Shown here one piece after another: positions 18,362-29,268 of a stretch of 64,000 nt of DNA. The DNA is taken from assembly GCA_964633875.1 (NCBI GenBank), contig CAZWKL010000004.1, positions 1,971 through 65,970 on the forward strand, given 5' to 3'. Source of the DNA: an uncultured Pseudomonadales bacterium. GTDB taxonomy: Bacteria; Patescibacteriota; Microgenomatia; UBA1400; PJMF01. The position numbers and the translations under genes are program-made. Position 1 is the stretch's first letter, and every line of letters begins with the position of its first letter. The notes below the pieces were generated by a model. That model was not told where the DNA came from. It saw only the letters and a program-made list of their open reading frames with translations, and searched no databases.

Positions 18362-18865
18362 ATGAACTCATTACAAACCGAAAAAGTGGTGACTGCAGGC
18401 TGGTTTTTGTATTTGGAGCCTCTTCAGCAAGAACTGGTTAAACACGCCCTGGAACTTTACCACCGCGAGCTGGCGCTTCAGTCCGATTTGCCCGATTATT
18501 CTTTTTTAGTTTTCACCATGTCTAAAGCTTATGAAGGCTTTTTGAAAAAGTATTTACTCGACCTGAAATTTATCAGCGCCAAAGTTTATGAAGGTAGAAA
18601 GTTTCGCATTGGCCGCGCCCTCAATCCAGACGTCCATACCAACCACCGCGATGAGTACTGGCTTTATGACGACTTAGCCCAAGTTTGCGGCCCGGAACTG
18701 GCCAGGCAACTTTGGGAAACTTGGCTCCAGTGCCGCAATCGGGTGTTTCATTATTTTCCGAGCGACCCCAACATTATTGATCTAGAAACAGCGGCAAAAT
18801 TTCTGGCGATGCTTGTTTCAGCCATGGAAAAAGCTTTTGTGTGTAAAATATCCCTTAAGAAATAG
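18362..18865 (+). CDS. Hypothetical protein with a HEPN-like Rx4H(Y) motif
   Basis: The track ORF begins at 18089 and overlaps PBP1A; the start is revised to the ATG at 18362 (MNSLQTEK...). The C-terminal third carries CRNRVFHYF (R125-x4-H130-Y131). Confidence 0.4.
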   Translation: MNSLQTEKVVTAGWFLYLEPLQQELVKHALELYHRELALQSDLPDYSFLVFTMSKAYEGFLKKYLLDLKFISAKVYEGRKFRIGRALNPDVHTNHRDEYWLYDDLAQVCGPELARQLWETWLQCRNRVFHYFPSDPNIIDLETAAKFLAMLVSAMEKAFVCKISLKK

Positions 18866-18910
18866 TTTAAATTGTGTTACTTTCTTTGAAAGTAATTAAA
18901 AAGGAGCAGC

Positions 18911-19558
18911 ATGAGCGCAGCTAAAAAGAAACTCACTCATGAGTTTAAGTATAAAAACATTACTATTTCCGGACTGCCCGGGGCGGGTTCAACCACCTTG
19001 CTCACTTTACTTAAAGAAAATGAAGAGTTGCAGTTTGCCGGCTTTAGTGGCTTTAGTGGCGGCGAATTTATGAGAATTTATGCCAAGGAAAAAGGGCTTT
19101 TTGAAGAAAAAAGCGGCCTTCACCACGATGCCAGCCACTACGAAGATGATTTTGACCGCCAAGTAGACATGGGTATGCGCTCCAAACTGGAAAACGAAGA
19201 GGGTTGGATTATTGAATCTTGGCTGTCTGGCTTTATGGCCCAGCAAGTACCAGGGACTTTGAAAGTGCTGATGATTTGTAGCGATGACGCGGTTAGGATT
19301 GACCGGGTGGTCAATCGCGACTCAGTCAGCGCTGCAGAAGCCAAAGCCAACATGAAAGAGCGCTACAACAACAATTTTTCCAAGTGGAAAAGGTTGTACG
19401 CCCGGGAATGGCAGCAGTGGGTAGTCGAGCCGGGCACCCTGATGTCTAGCGAGCCGATTGATTTTTGGCGTAAAGAACTCTACGATATTGTTATTGATAC
19501 ATATTCGGCCAATCAACAAGAAGCCTTGCAGATAGTTTTAGATGCCATCAAGAAGTAA
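18911..19558 (+). CDS. cmk: Cytidylate kinase, archaeal-type (Cytidylate_kin2 family)
   Basis: ITISGLPGAGSTT P-loop, GEFMR, and a C-terminus (YDIVIDTYSANQQEALQIVLDAIKK) collinear with archaeal CMP kinases. Contains a GFSGFSGG tandem insert. Confidence 0.6.
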   Translation: MSAAKKKLTHEFKYKNITISGLPGAGSTTLLTLLKENEELQFAGFSGFSGGEFMRIYAKEKGLFEEKSGLHHDASHYEDDFDRQVDMGMRSKLENEEGWIIESWLSGFMAQQVPGTLKVLMICSDDAVRIDRVVNRDSVSAAEAKANMKERYNNNFSKWKRLYAREWQQWVVEPGTLMSSEPIDFWRKELYDIVIDTYSANQQEALQIVLDAIKK

Positions 19559-20222
19559 AAAAAGCAAAAAAACCAGCCCTTTAGAAAAACATTTTGGCTT
19601 TTTTCCGTTGCTGACCTTGATTTTTATTTTATGGCTTTTGTACCGGAACCTTTTTCAGTTTCCGGTTTGGTTTGATGAAACAGTCGGCAAGGCTGTTTTT
19701 TTTGGCTTGCCGGTGTGGGTTTATATTGCTCTAGCCGGTTCCAAGAGCATCGCCGACACTTTTGCTCCCCACAAATTGAAAAGCGGTTTGCTTTTAGGCC
19801 TGGCGTTCGGCGGCATTTTTGGTTTTGTGGCTTCGTTGGTGGCGGTGCTGCAACGGGGTGGGGTGGTTGGACAGGTTTGGTTGTTTAGTGCAGATTTATT
19901 TTGGGGCGAGTTCATTTTGGCCATGATGACCGCTTTTTGGGAAACTTTGCTGTTTTTCAGTTTTGCCATGACAGTGATTCAGGAAAAATTCACCAAATGG
20001 AAGCCGCTTCAGCACGCTTTGCTGGCCGCGACGATCTTTTTGATTTTTCATGTTCCCAATACTGTTATCCGGTTTGACCTAAGCGCCATCGCGCCTCAAC
20101 TGGCGCTGATGTTTTTGTTTGGTTTGGGACAAGCTTATCTATTTACATCAAGAAGAAATGCTTACACCCTGATTCTCTCCCATACGATTTGGGGTATGGT
20201 TTTACTGACGCATTTTTGGTAA
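19542..20222 (+). CDS. CPBP family intramembrane metalloprotease (CAAX protease/Abi-like)
   Basis: Polytopic, with a WETLLF motif (EExxxR-like) and an FHVPN histidine motif. Confidence 0.65.
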   Translation: MPSRSKKSKKTSPLEKHFGFFPLLTLIFILWLLYRNLFQFPVWFDETVGKAVFFGLPVWVYIALAGSKSIADTFAPHKLKSGLLLGLAFGGIFGFVASLVAVLQRGGVVGQVWLFSADLFWGEFILAMMTAFWETLLFFSFAMTVIQEKFTKWKPLQHALLAATIFLIFHVPNTVIRFDLSAIAPQLALMFLFGLGQAYLFTSRRNAYTLILSHTIWGMVLLTHFW

Positions 20223-20299
20223 TTGAATAAATATAGCCGGCTGCTTTGGCAGTTTTGGCTTTGGAAAGCATGTGATATATTCATTTTCTGATTAACAAA

Positions 20300-20818
20300 A
20301 TGACAAGTTTAAGAGTTTCAGTTTCTATTATCGGCATTATCGTTGGCATTGCCATTTTTCTTATTTCTCTGATGGCTGCCTCAGAGTTTTCTCTAGTGCG
20401 AGGACTTTCTATGAGTCAACGCAAGTTTTATTTGAGTTCGGACATTTTGCCCGATAATATTTTGTATCCGTTGGTGGCAGGCAGGGATTTACTCAGGTTG
20501 AATTTGGCAGATAACGAAGAAAAAGCGGTGCTTCAGGCGGAGTTAGCTGAAAGGCGTTTTCAGGCAGCGGCAGAATTGGTAGAAAAAGGCGAGAATGGTC
20601 TAGCCTTAATTACCCTCAGGAAAGCTCATGCTTATTTAGTTGATATTTTGGCCAGCAGTGAATTAGCGGCTAGCGAAGCTCAAGCCGAGTATTGGCGACA
20701 GACGATCCAATACAAAGTGGCAGCTATGGAAGCCATGGGCAGCGAGATGACAGTGGCCGAACGCCAAACGCTGGATGATATTATTGCCGACACTCAAGCG
20801 CTTACCCACCTTTTGTAA
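20300..20818 (+). CDS. Hypothetical membrane-anchored helical protein
   Basis: 172 aa with an N-terminal TM (IIGIIVGIAIFLISLMAA) and an Ala/Glu-rich helical C-terminal region. Confidence 0.4.
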   Translation: MTSLRVSVSIIGIIVGIAIFLISLMAASEFSLVRGLSMSQRKFYLSSDILPDNILYPLVAGRDLLRLNLADNEEKAVLQAELAERRFQAAAELVEKGENGLALITLRKAHAYLVDILASSELAASEAQAEYWRQTIQYKVAAMEAMGSEMTVAERQTLDDIIADTQALTHLL

Positions 20819-20895
20819 ACTGACCAAAAATGTCCTAGTTTGTGTTAGTTGACAACCCCCCTTAGCCTGTGAGATTCTTATAACCCAGCGAATTT

Positions 20896-20947
20896 AAAAC
20901 CACAAGATATTGTGGTTTTAAGATAAGTTAACCACAATCTGTTGGTT
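20896..20947 (+). promoter_or_regulatory. Tandem NrdR boxes upstream of nrdR-nrdJ
   Basis: Box 1 AAAACCACAAGATATTGTGGTTTT is a perfect palindrome. Box 2 AACCACAATCTGTTGGTT is degenerate. Centre-to-centre spacing is about 31 bp, as at known NrdR operators. Confidence 0.6.
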
Positions 20948-21026
20948 TTTTAACATACAGCAAGTAAAGTAGTGTTAATTGCACACATTATGTTGAGGTT
21001 TGCAAGCTGGCTGGAGAACAAAAGAG

Positions 21027-21497
21027 ATGAAATGTGCCTATTGCGGACATACCGAAACTAATGTTATTGACTCCAGGGTCAGTGATGACCAAACGGCCAT
21101 CAGGCGCCGGCGTGTCTGTCTGGAATGCGACAAAAGGTTCACGACTTACGAAAGAATCGAAGGCATCGAGCTGAAAGTAGTGAAAAAATCGGGTGAGCGC
21201 GAAGATTTCAGCCGCGACAAGTTGAGACGCGGCATTGTCAAGGCCACCTGGAAAAGACCGGTTTCGATGGCAGAGATCGAGGAATTGATAGATGAAGTCG
21301 AGCGGCGCCTGCGCCAGAAAAAAGGCAACGAAGTGAAAAGCTGGGAGATCGGCAACTTGGTGATCAACCGGCTGCGGAAAATGGACAAACTTTCTTACCT
21401 GCTCTTTGCCAGCGTCTACCGCGATTTCAGCAGCCTGGAAGATTTTGAAGAAGAATTAAAAAAATTAGTAACAGATAAAACAGAGGAGAAGCTTTAA
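21027..21497 (+). CDS. nrdR: Transcriptional repressor NrdR
   Basis: MKCAYCGH...CLECDKRF zinc ribbon and an ATP-cone. Start revised to the ATG after the GGAGAA RBS. The stop overlaps the nrdJ start (TAATG). Confidence 0.85.
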   Translation: MKCAYCGHTETNVIDSRVSDDQTAIRRRRVCLECDKRFTTYERIEGIELKVVKKSGEREDFSRDKLRRGIVKATWKRPVSMAEIEELIDEVERRLRQKKGNEVKSWEIGNLVINRLRKMDKLSYLLFASVYRDFSSLEDFEEELKKLVTDKTEEKL

Positions 21498-23716
21498 TGC
21501 CAGACACAAAATTGCCTAAACAGAAAATGCGGTTTTCCAAAAGAAACCTCGATCCTGGCATGGGCAAGGCAGTGGCTCGCAGAACCTACCTCAGGAAGAT
21601 TGTCAATGAAAAAACTGGTCGCGAAAGGTGGGAAACTTGGCAAGAAGTGGCAGACAGGGTAGCAAAAGGCAATACTGCTCTGCTCAAAAATTTCAAAGGT
21701 TTGGGCAGAAAGCACCAAGAGGAAGAGTACGAAATTCTCAAGAAACACATCAACAATGCTTCAATGCTGATGTCCGGCCGGCACTTGCAGCACGGCGATG
21801 AGACTCAGCCCGAGCGCAACATGGAGGTTTTCACCAACTGCAGCACCGCCTCGGCTTCGTACGTGGTTTTTTATCTGCTGATGAACGGCTCGGGTGTGGG
21901 CCGCGCCTACGACGACGACATGTGTGTGGTGGACTGGGACAACATGCCCAACGTCCGCTGCGTTATTTCCGACGACCACGCTGATTTTGAGTGGGGCTTT
22001 GATGAGAGTGTCCGCGATGCCGAGCACAAGTACGGCAGCGGTGATGGCATTCACTGGTATCATGTGCCTGATACCCGAGAGGGCTGGGCGCAGGCGATTG
22101 AGATGATGGAAGTTATGGCTTATGAGAAGAAGTACAAAAATGAGCTGTTGATTCTGGATTTTTCTAAGGTCCGGCCGAAAGGCTCGCCGATTCGCGGCAT
22201 GCAAAACCGGCCGGCTTCAGGGCCTAAACCACTGATGAACGCCATTGACAAAGTAGCGACCATTAAGGGCGCTGGCATGTCGCCTTGGAAGCAAGCAATT
22301 TTTGTGGATCATTATTTGGCGGAGTGTGTGTTGGTGGGTGGAGCCAGACGCAGCGCCAGGATTGCCACCAAAAACTGGACCGATCCGGAAGTTTTCGATT
22401 TCATCAATATTAAGCGCGGCGGTTTTCTCTGGAGCGCCAACAACTCAGTCACTGTTGATGAAAAGTTCTGGAAGCAGCGTAGTAAACACTCCCAGAAAGT
22501 TTTGGAGGCTATCCTCAGGGCCAGCTACGATGACGGCACCGGTGAGCCGGGCTTCATCAACCAGCACAAGTTGGTGCAAAATGATGACGGTTACGACGAT
22601 TACCTGGATGGCAAGTACGCTGAAAGCGAAAAGTATCAGCCGCTGGAGCGCTCGAGAAAAATGCTCACACACATTGCCAGAAATGCCGGCGCCAAGATTT
22701 ATGCTCAGATTCCCAACCCTTGCGGGGAAATTTCCCTCAACATGCTGGGCGGCTACTGTGTCATTGGCGATGTGGTGCCCTACTTTGCCCCCTCTCTTGA
22801 CGACGCTGAGGAGGCTTACCGGGCCATGACTCGCGCTTTGATTAGGGTCAACTCCATGGACTGTCTGTACTCGCGCGAAGTCAAGCGTACCAACCGGATT
22901 GGCGTGGGCATGACCGGTATTCATGAATTTGCCTGGAATCATTTTGGTTACTCTTTCCGTGATTTGATTGACGAAGAAAAATCTCAGGATTTCTGGCTGA
23001 CCCTGGCTCGTTTTAAGCGGGCGGTGGTGGAAGAGGCGGAGGAATACTCCAAGAGGCTGGGTGTTAATGTGCCACACACCAACACTACCATCAAGCCTTC
23101 TGGCACGGTTTCCAAGCTCTTTGCCTTGACGGAAGGCGCTCACTTGCCGAGTATGCGTGAGTACATCCGCTGGGTGCAGTACCGCAGTGATGATCCTCAG
23201 ATAGAAAAGTACCGGGAGTTGGGTTATCCGATCAAAGAACTGAAAAGTTATCAAGGCACTACCGCTATTGGTTTTCCGACGCAGCCAATGATCTGCAAAC
23301 TGGGCATGCAAAACAAGTTAGTGACTGCCGCCGAAGCCACCCCCGAGGAACAGTTTAAGTGGCTGATGCTCTTGGAAAAATACTGGATTATCGGTGTGGA
23401 TGAAAGCGGCAAGGCTCTTGAGGAAGATACCGGTAACCAGGTTTCTTACACGCTCAAGTATGACCCGGAAAAAATTACTTTCAAAGAGTACGCTCAAATG
23501 GTCAAGAAATATCAGCATCAGATCAAAGTTTGCAGCGTCATGCCGCAGCAGGATGCTACCGCTTACGAGTACCAGCCGGAGCAGCCGGTAACGATTTCCG
23601 AGTTTATGCGGGTGCTTAATGAAATTGAGAAGAACGGCGGCATTGAGAAAGGCACGGTTGAGGAGGACATTGATTTCGAGCACTTGAAGTGCGAGAGCGG
23701 GGCTTGTCCGATCTAG
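21497..23716 (+). CDS. nrdJ: Adenosylcobalamin-dependent ribonucleoside-triphosphate reductase (class II, monomeric NrdJ type)
   Basis: 739 aa with the NPCGEISL active-site motif and a C-terminal CESGACPI Cys pair. No intein. Confidence 0.75.
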   Translation: MPDTKLPKQKMRFSKRNLDPGMGKAVARRTYLRKIVNEKTGRERWETWQEVADRVAKGNTALLKNFKGLGRKHQEEEYEILKKHINNASMLMSGRHLQHGDETQPERNMEVFTNCSTASASYVVFYLLMNGSGVGRAYDDDMCVVDWDNMPNVRCVISDDHADFEWGFDESVRDAEHKYGSGDGIHWYHVPDTREGWAQAIEMMEVMAYEKKYKNELLILDFSKVRPKGSPIRGMQNRPASGPKPLMNAIDKVATIKGAGMSPWKQAIFVDHYLAECVLVGGARRSARIATKNWTDPEVFDFINIKRGGFLWSANNSVTVDEKFWKQRSKHSQKVLEAILRASYDDGTGEPGFINQHKLVQNDDGYDDYLDGKYAESEKYQPLERSRKMLTHIARNAGAKIYAQIPNPCGEISLNMLGGYCVIGDVVPYFAPSLDDAEEAYRAMTRALIRVNSMDCLYSREVKRTNRIGVGMTGIHEFAWNHFGYSFRDLIDEEKSQDFWLTLARFKRAVVEEAEEYSKRLGVNVPHTNTTIKPSGTVSKLFALTEGAHLPSMREYIRWVQYRSDDPQIEKYRELGYPIKELKSYQGTTAIGFPTQPMICKLGMQNKLVTAAEATPEEQFKWLMLLEKYWIIGVDESGKALEEDTGNQVSYTLKYDPEKITFKEYAQMVKKYQHQIKVCSVMPQQDATAYEYQPEQPVTISEFMRVLNEIEKNGGIEKGTVEEDIDFEHLKCESGACPI

Positions 23717-23738
23717 GGATAGGTTGAGTTTGAAAGTG

Positions 23739-23765
23739 GGCAGCCGGGAAAAATTCCCGGCCGCC
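23739..23765. terminator. Bidirectional hairpin terminator between convergent nrdJ and tsaD
   Basis: GGCAGCCGGGAA-AAA-TTCCCGGCCGCC, an 11/12-bp stem flanked by T/A runs. Confidence 0.5.
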
Positions 23766-23772
23766 TTGTTAT

Positions 23773-24900
23773 TTATTGCTCACCAATTTCCCACCGCGGC
23801 CGGCGGTCCAGCTCGCCTGCATCCTTCACCACCTCCCCGCGCTCCAATTTAAACGCCGCCACTACTCCAATCATGGCTGCGTTGTCCATAGTCAGCCGGG
23901 CAGTGTAGGGAGCGCGAAAGCGAATGTTCGGGTAATCAGCTTTGCCTTTTTTACGTTCAGTCTTCACAAAATCTGACAGCGTTTTTTTGATCATTTTCCG
24001 AAGTTCCTGGTTGGCAGCTACGCCTCCGCCAAGCCAAACCTCTCGCACGCTTACATCCTGAATAATTTTGTTCAATTTATAAGTAATATGCCTAAAGACC
24101 GCATTTTGTGCCGATGCACAGAAATGATATAAATCAGACCGAGAGAGGCTCTCAACCCCGCCCAAATCCCGAATTAGGTTTCGGGCATAAGTTTTCAATC
24201 CCGAGAAGCTCAAATTGTAATCATGGGTTTGAGTTAGTGGCAAGGGAAACTTGAAGTGGTTCGGGTTTCCCTGTTTGGCAAAATGCTCAATAATTGGTCC
24301 AGCCGGATAGCCTAAATTAAGCATTCGGCCGATCTTGTCCAAGCACTCGCCGGCTGCGTCATCCAAGGTTTTGCCCACTACAGTATAAGTGCCGATCTCA
24401 TCAAAAACTATAAACTCTGTATGTCCGCCAGACACCACCACCGAAAGCACCGGAAAAACGATCTCGCGGCGCTGGTTGTTCAAGCTCAGGTTGATGCTAC
24501 TCCGACGCTTAGCTTGAGCTAGCGGTGAAAGAGCATGGGCTTCGATGTGATTAACGGCGATGAGCGGTAGTTTGTGAGTTTTGGCCATGTTTTTAGCATG
24601 AATAATCCCCACTTCCAAAGCCGGTGCCAGCCCGGGACCTTGAGTGACAGCCACCGCGGCTAGCCTGCCTTTGGCCAACTTGTCAGTACCGACGCCTGCC
24701 CGTTTCAGTGCCAGCTCCACTACTCGCTCGATATTTTCCTGATGCGCCTGTTTAGCCACTGTCGGAAAAACGCCGCCGTATGGTCGGTGCAGCTCGGTTT
24801 GCGAAGCAATGACGTTGGAAAGCACTGTCGTGCCGTGAATCACCGCAGCGGCGGTGTCATCGCAGGAGGTGTCGATAGCCAAAATTAGTTTATCGTTCAT
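23773..24900 (-). CDS. tsaD: tRNA N6-adenosine threonylcarbamoyltransferase TsaD (Kae1/YgjD)
   Basis: ILAIDTSCDDTAAAV, the HIEAH metal site and the VSGGV motif. Confidence 0.85.
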   Translation of the reverse strand: MNDKLILAIDTSCDDTAAAVIHGTTVLSNVIASQTELHRPYGGVFPTVAKQAHQENIERVVELALKRAGVGTDKLAKGRLAAVAVTQGPGLAPALEVGIIHAKNMAKTHKLPLIAVNHIEAHALSPLAQAKRRSSINLSLNNQRREIVFPVLSVVVSGGHTEFIVFDEIGTYTVVGKTLDDAAGECLDKIGRMLNLGYPAGPIIEHFAKQGNPNHFKFPLPLTQTHDYNLSFSGLKTYARNLIRDLGGVESLSRSDLYHFCASAQNAVFRHITYKLNKIIQDVSVREVWLGGGVAANQELRKMIKKTLSDFVKTERKKGKADYPNIRFRAPYTARLTMDNAAMIGVVAAFKLERGEVVKDAGELDRRPRWEIGEQ

Positions 24901-26020
24901 ATTCCTCCGTAATCAGTAGTTCCCGGGCGTTGACTTGCTCTGCCTCAGAATCCTTAATTTGCACTTTAATAGCCGGCAGGTTTAACTTTGTCATCACTGG
25001 TGTTAACCATGGTTCAACTTGACTGTACCACTCAATAGCCAGGACGTTGTTGGGTTGTAGCAACTCAGTGACTCTCAGCCGCTCCAACTCGGCTTGGCTT
25101 TCGACTTTCCACATGTCTAAGTGATAAAATTGGCCAGTTGTCTGGTGACGCTGAAAACCATACTCCTCAAGATATGTATAAGTCGGCGAAGTAATATTTT
25201 CCTTAATCCCCAAAAACTCCGCCACGCCCTTAGCAAAAACCGTTTTCCCTGCTCCCAGCGGGCCTTCCAACCCAATCACCAGACCGGTCTGCTTTACCAT
25301 GTCCCAATTTTTCAGCAAAATTCTACCAGCAATGCTTTTGGTTTCTTCCTCAGAGCCAGACGTCAGCACATAATCAGCCTCAGCCTCCGGAACCAGTTTT
25401 CTTTCAGCCAGTTCACCGCCCCGCAAAGTTACCGGTGTAGACAAAGTCGTATCAATCACCGTGCTCGGCTCATTCTTCGGCAACTCACCAGCATCAATAA
25501 TCAAATCAATCAAGCTTTTTTGCTTTTCAGAAAGATTAGCCAAAATGTCGCTAACTTGGTAAGGGCGCTTTCTACCAGACGCATTAGCCGAAGTCGCAGT
25601 AACCGGTCGGCCAAACGCCCGTACTAACTGCCGCACCAGCGGATAATCAGGAATCCGCACTCCCAGATTACCAAACTCCGAAGCCACGTCCTCAGCCACC
25701 AAGCCCTTACTTTTAGACACCACCGTAATCGGCCCAGGCATAAACTGGGCATACAAAGCCCGCGCTTGCTCATTTAGCTCTACATACTCGCTGGCCATAA
25801 CTTCATCAGCCACCGCCATAGATAGCGGCTTGCCTTCCCGCCTGGACTTATAGCTCAACAACTTTGCCACCGCCGCCTCATTAGTCACATCCACCCCTAC
25901 CCCGTACACGGTTTCAGTGGGATAAATCACCAGGCCGCCTTGACTCAAAACCGCCGCCGCCCGCTTGACAATTTCCTCAGTTGTTGTATTCTGGGTCTTC
26001 ACAATTTTCATAGCGCTCAA
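24890..26020 (-). CDS. Fusion protein: threonylcarbamoyl-AMP synthase TsaC (YrdC/Sua5) N-terminal domain plus TsaE (YjeE) P-loop ATPase C-terminal domain
   Basis: N-terminus has GGLVIYPTETVYGVGVD and KSRREGKPL (YrdC). C-terminus has GLEGPLGAGKT, ITSPTYTY and YHLDMWK (TsaE signatures). Overlaps tsaD by 11 nt. Confidence 0.75.
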   Translation of the reverse strand: MSAMKIVKTQNTTTEEIVKRAAAVLSQGGLVIYPTETVYGVGVDVTNEAAVAKLLSYKSRREGKPLSMAVADEVMASEYVELNEQARALYAQFMPGPITVVSKSKGLVAEDVASEFGNLGVRIPDYPLVRQLVRAFGRPVTATSANASGRKRPYQVSDILANLSEKQKSLIDLIIDAGELPKNEPSTVIDTTLSTPVTLRGGELAERKLVPEAEADYVLTSGSEEETKSIAGRILLKNWDMVKQTGLVIGLEGPLGAGKTVFAKGVAEFLGIKENITSPTYTYLEEYGFQRHQTTGQFYHLDMWKVESQAELERLRVTELLQPNNVLAIEWYSQVEPWLTPVMTKLNLPAIKVQIKDSEAEQVNARELLITEEYER

Positions 26021-26073
26021 GTATTATATCAGTCAAGTGAGTTTGCAAAGAAAAAAAAGGAAAACAGCTGATT

Positions 26074-26412
26074 ATGGGAGCAAAAAACTCTGCGTTCTTA
26101 GGTTCTGAAACCTCAGTGCATACAACCAAATTTAACATTTTTCTTAAAACCCATGAAATCAAGCAAGTTAACAAAGCCCTTAAGAGCGTTTTGTTGATGT
26201 CCAGAAACGAACGGGAAGAATGGTTGGCTGAGAACGGCGAAATCGTCCAGACCGCTTTCGACTCCTTTATCGATGACTCCAACTTGGTGCTGGAAAGTCT
26301 CACTTTCGACGAAGATTTGGCCGAAATGTCACAAGAACTGATTCTTTCTCTGCAAAACACCATGGAAATAGTCAACTCAATCCTAGGCGAAGAACAAGTA
26401 TTAGATAGCTGA
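26074..26412 (+). CDS. Hypothetical cytoplasmic protein
   Basis: 112-aa ORF of acidic, helical character; no motif recognised. Confidence 0.3.
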   Translation: MGAKNSAFLGSETSVHTTKFNIFLKTHEIKQVNKALKSVLLMSRNEREEWLAENGEIVQTAFDSFIDDSNLVLESLTFDEDLAEMSQELILSLQNTMEIVNSILGEEQVLDS

Positions 26413-26473
26413 AAAGATAGTTAAAAGACAGTCACACTTCTTTTTTTGGCTTATACCCTTTACAATACCAAGT

Positions 26474-27130
26474 ATGGAATTCGATCGCTTAGTAGTTTCT
26501 TTTTTAGTTGATGAAGTTGTGGGTGGCTTTTTTATTTCCGTGCCGCCAGGACACGTGGCTTGTGTTTATGACCGCGGCCGGGGCGTGCTGCCCCGAGTTT
26601 GGGGACCAGGCCTGCATTTCAAGATTCCTTTTTGGCAGGTAGCCAAACTTTTCAACGCCCAAATCCTCGAGTATTCTATCCGCGAAGGTTTTGACGCGGA
26701 CAAAAACAAAGAAGCCCTGGGAGATATGCCCATTCGCACCGCTACCAGAGATGGCAAAGATATTGCCGTGGAAGGCTCGGTTTTGTTCCGTATCGACCGC
26801 AATAACGCTCCGGAACTCTGGGAAAACATTGGTGAGAGCGTGGTTTCCAAGGTGGTCAGGCCATTTTCCCGTAGCAGTATTGCCCGGATTTTTTCCGATT
26901 TGGATTTAGAGCAGATTATCCACAACCGCAACCAAGTAGAAGCGGTAGTTCAAGAGGAGTTACAGCATCATTTTCAGGATCGCGGTCTGGAGTGTGAGGG
27001 CTTTTTGCTTTCTCAGGTGAGAGTGATTCGCAGTGGTGGTTATGAGGAAGTGGTGGTGAACCCCAGCCCGCAAGAGCCAATTCAAGAAAACAACCACGAT
27101 CTTCCTGAAGACTCGACCCAGCTTCATTAG
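26474..27130 (+). CDS. SPFH/band-7 (stomatin/prohibitin-like) domain protein
   Basis: N-terminal TM, then GHVACVYDRGRGV...IRTATRDGKDIAVEGSVLFRI, typical of SPFH. Confidence 0.65.
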   Translation: MEFDRLVVSFLVDEVVGGFFISVPPGHVACVYDRGRGVLPRVWGPGLHFKIPFWQVAKLFNAQILEYSIREGFDADKNKEALGDMPIRTATRDGKDIAVEGSVLFRIDRNNAPELWENIGESVVSKVVRPFSRSSIARIFSDLDLEQIIHNRNQVEAVVQEELQHHFQDRGLECEGFLLSQVRVIRSGGYEEVVVNPSPQEPIQENNHDLPEDSTQLH

Positions 27131-27186
27131 TTTTTAGTTTTTGCCTGCCCAAGTTCTGCCTGGAAATGAAAGACAGAAAACAAACG

Positions 27187-27224
27187 GTTGACACTCTTTA
27201 GCAGTCTTTGTAAGATACTGCCAG
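27187..27224 (+). promoter_or_regulatory. groESL promoter with a CIRCE-like HrcA operator
   Basis: TTGACA, a 17-bp spacer, then TAAGAT. TTAGCAGTC-N9-TACTGCCAG resembles the CIRCE consensus (TTAGCACTC-N9-GAGTGCTAA) and overlaps the -10. Confidence 0.5.
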
Positions 27225-27282
27225 CAACCAACTTTTGACTTAGCTCAAGTATTTTAAGTACCAATAATCGCGAAAGGATCAT

Positions 27283-29266
<1,984 letters not shown>

Positions 29267-29268
29267 TT

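Noticed and set aside
21761-23683. Long minus-strand ORFs (147, 288 and 121 aa) and the plus-strand alternative-frame ORFs at 21894..22106 and 22302..22829 (the latter a 175-aa Pro/Thr/Ser-rich translation) inside nrdJ
   Set aside because: They are alternate-frame or antisense artefacts of a GC3-rich, highly conserved coding region. The RNR frame is supported by catalytic motifs along its full length.
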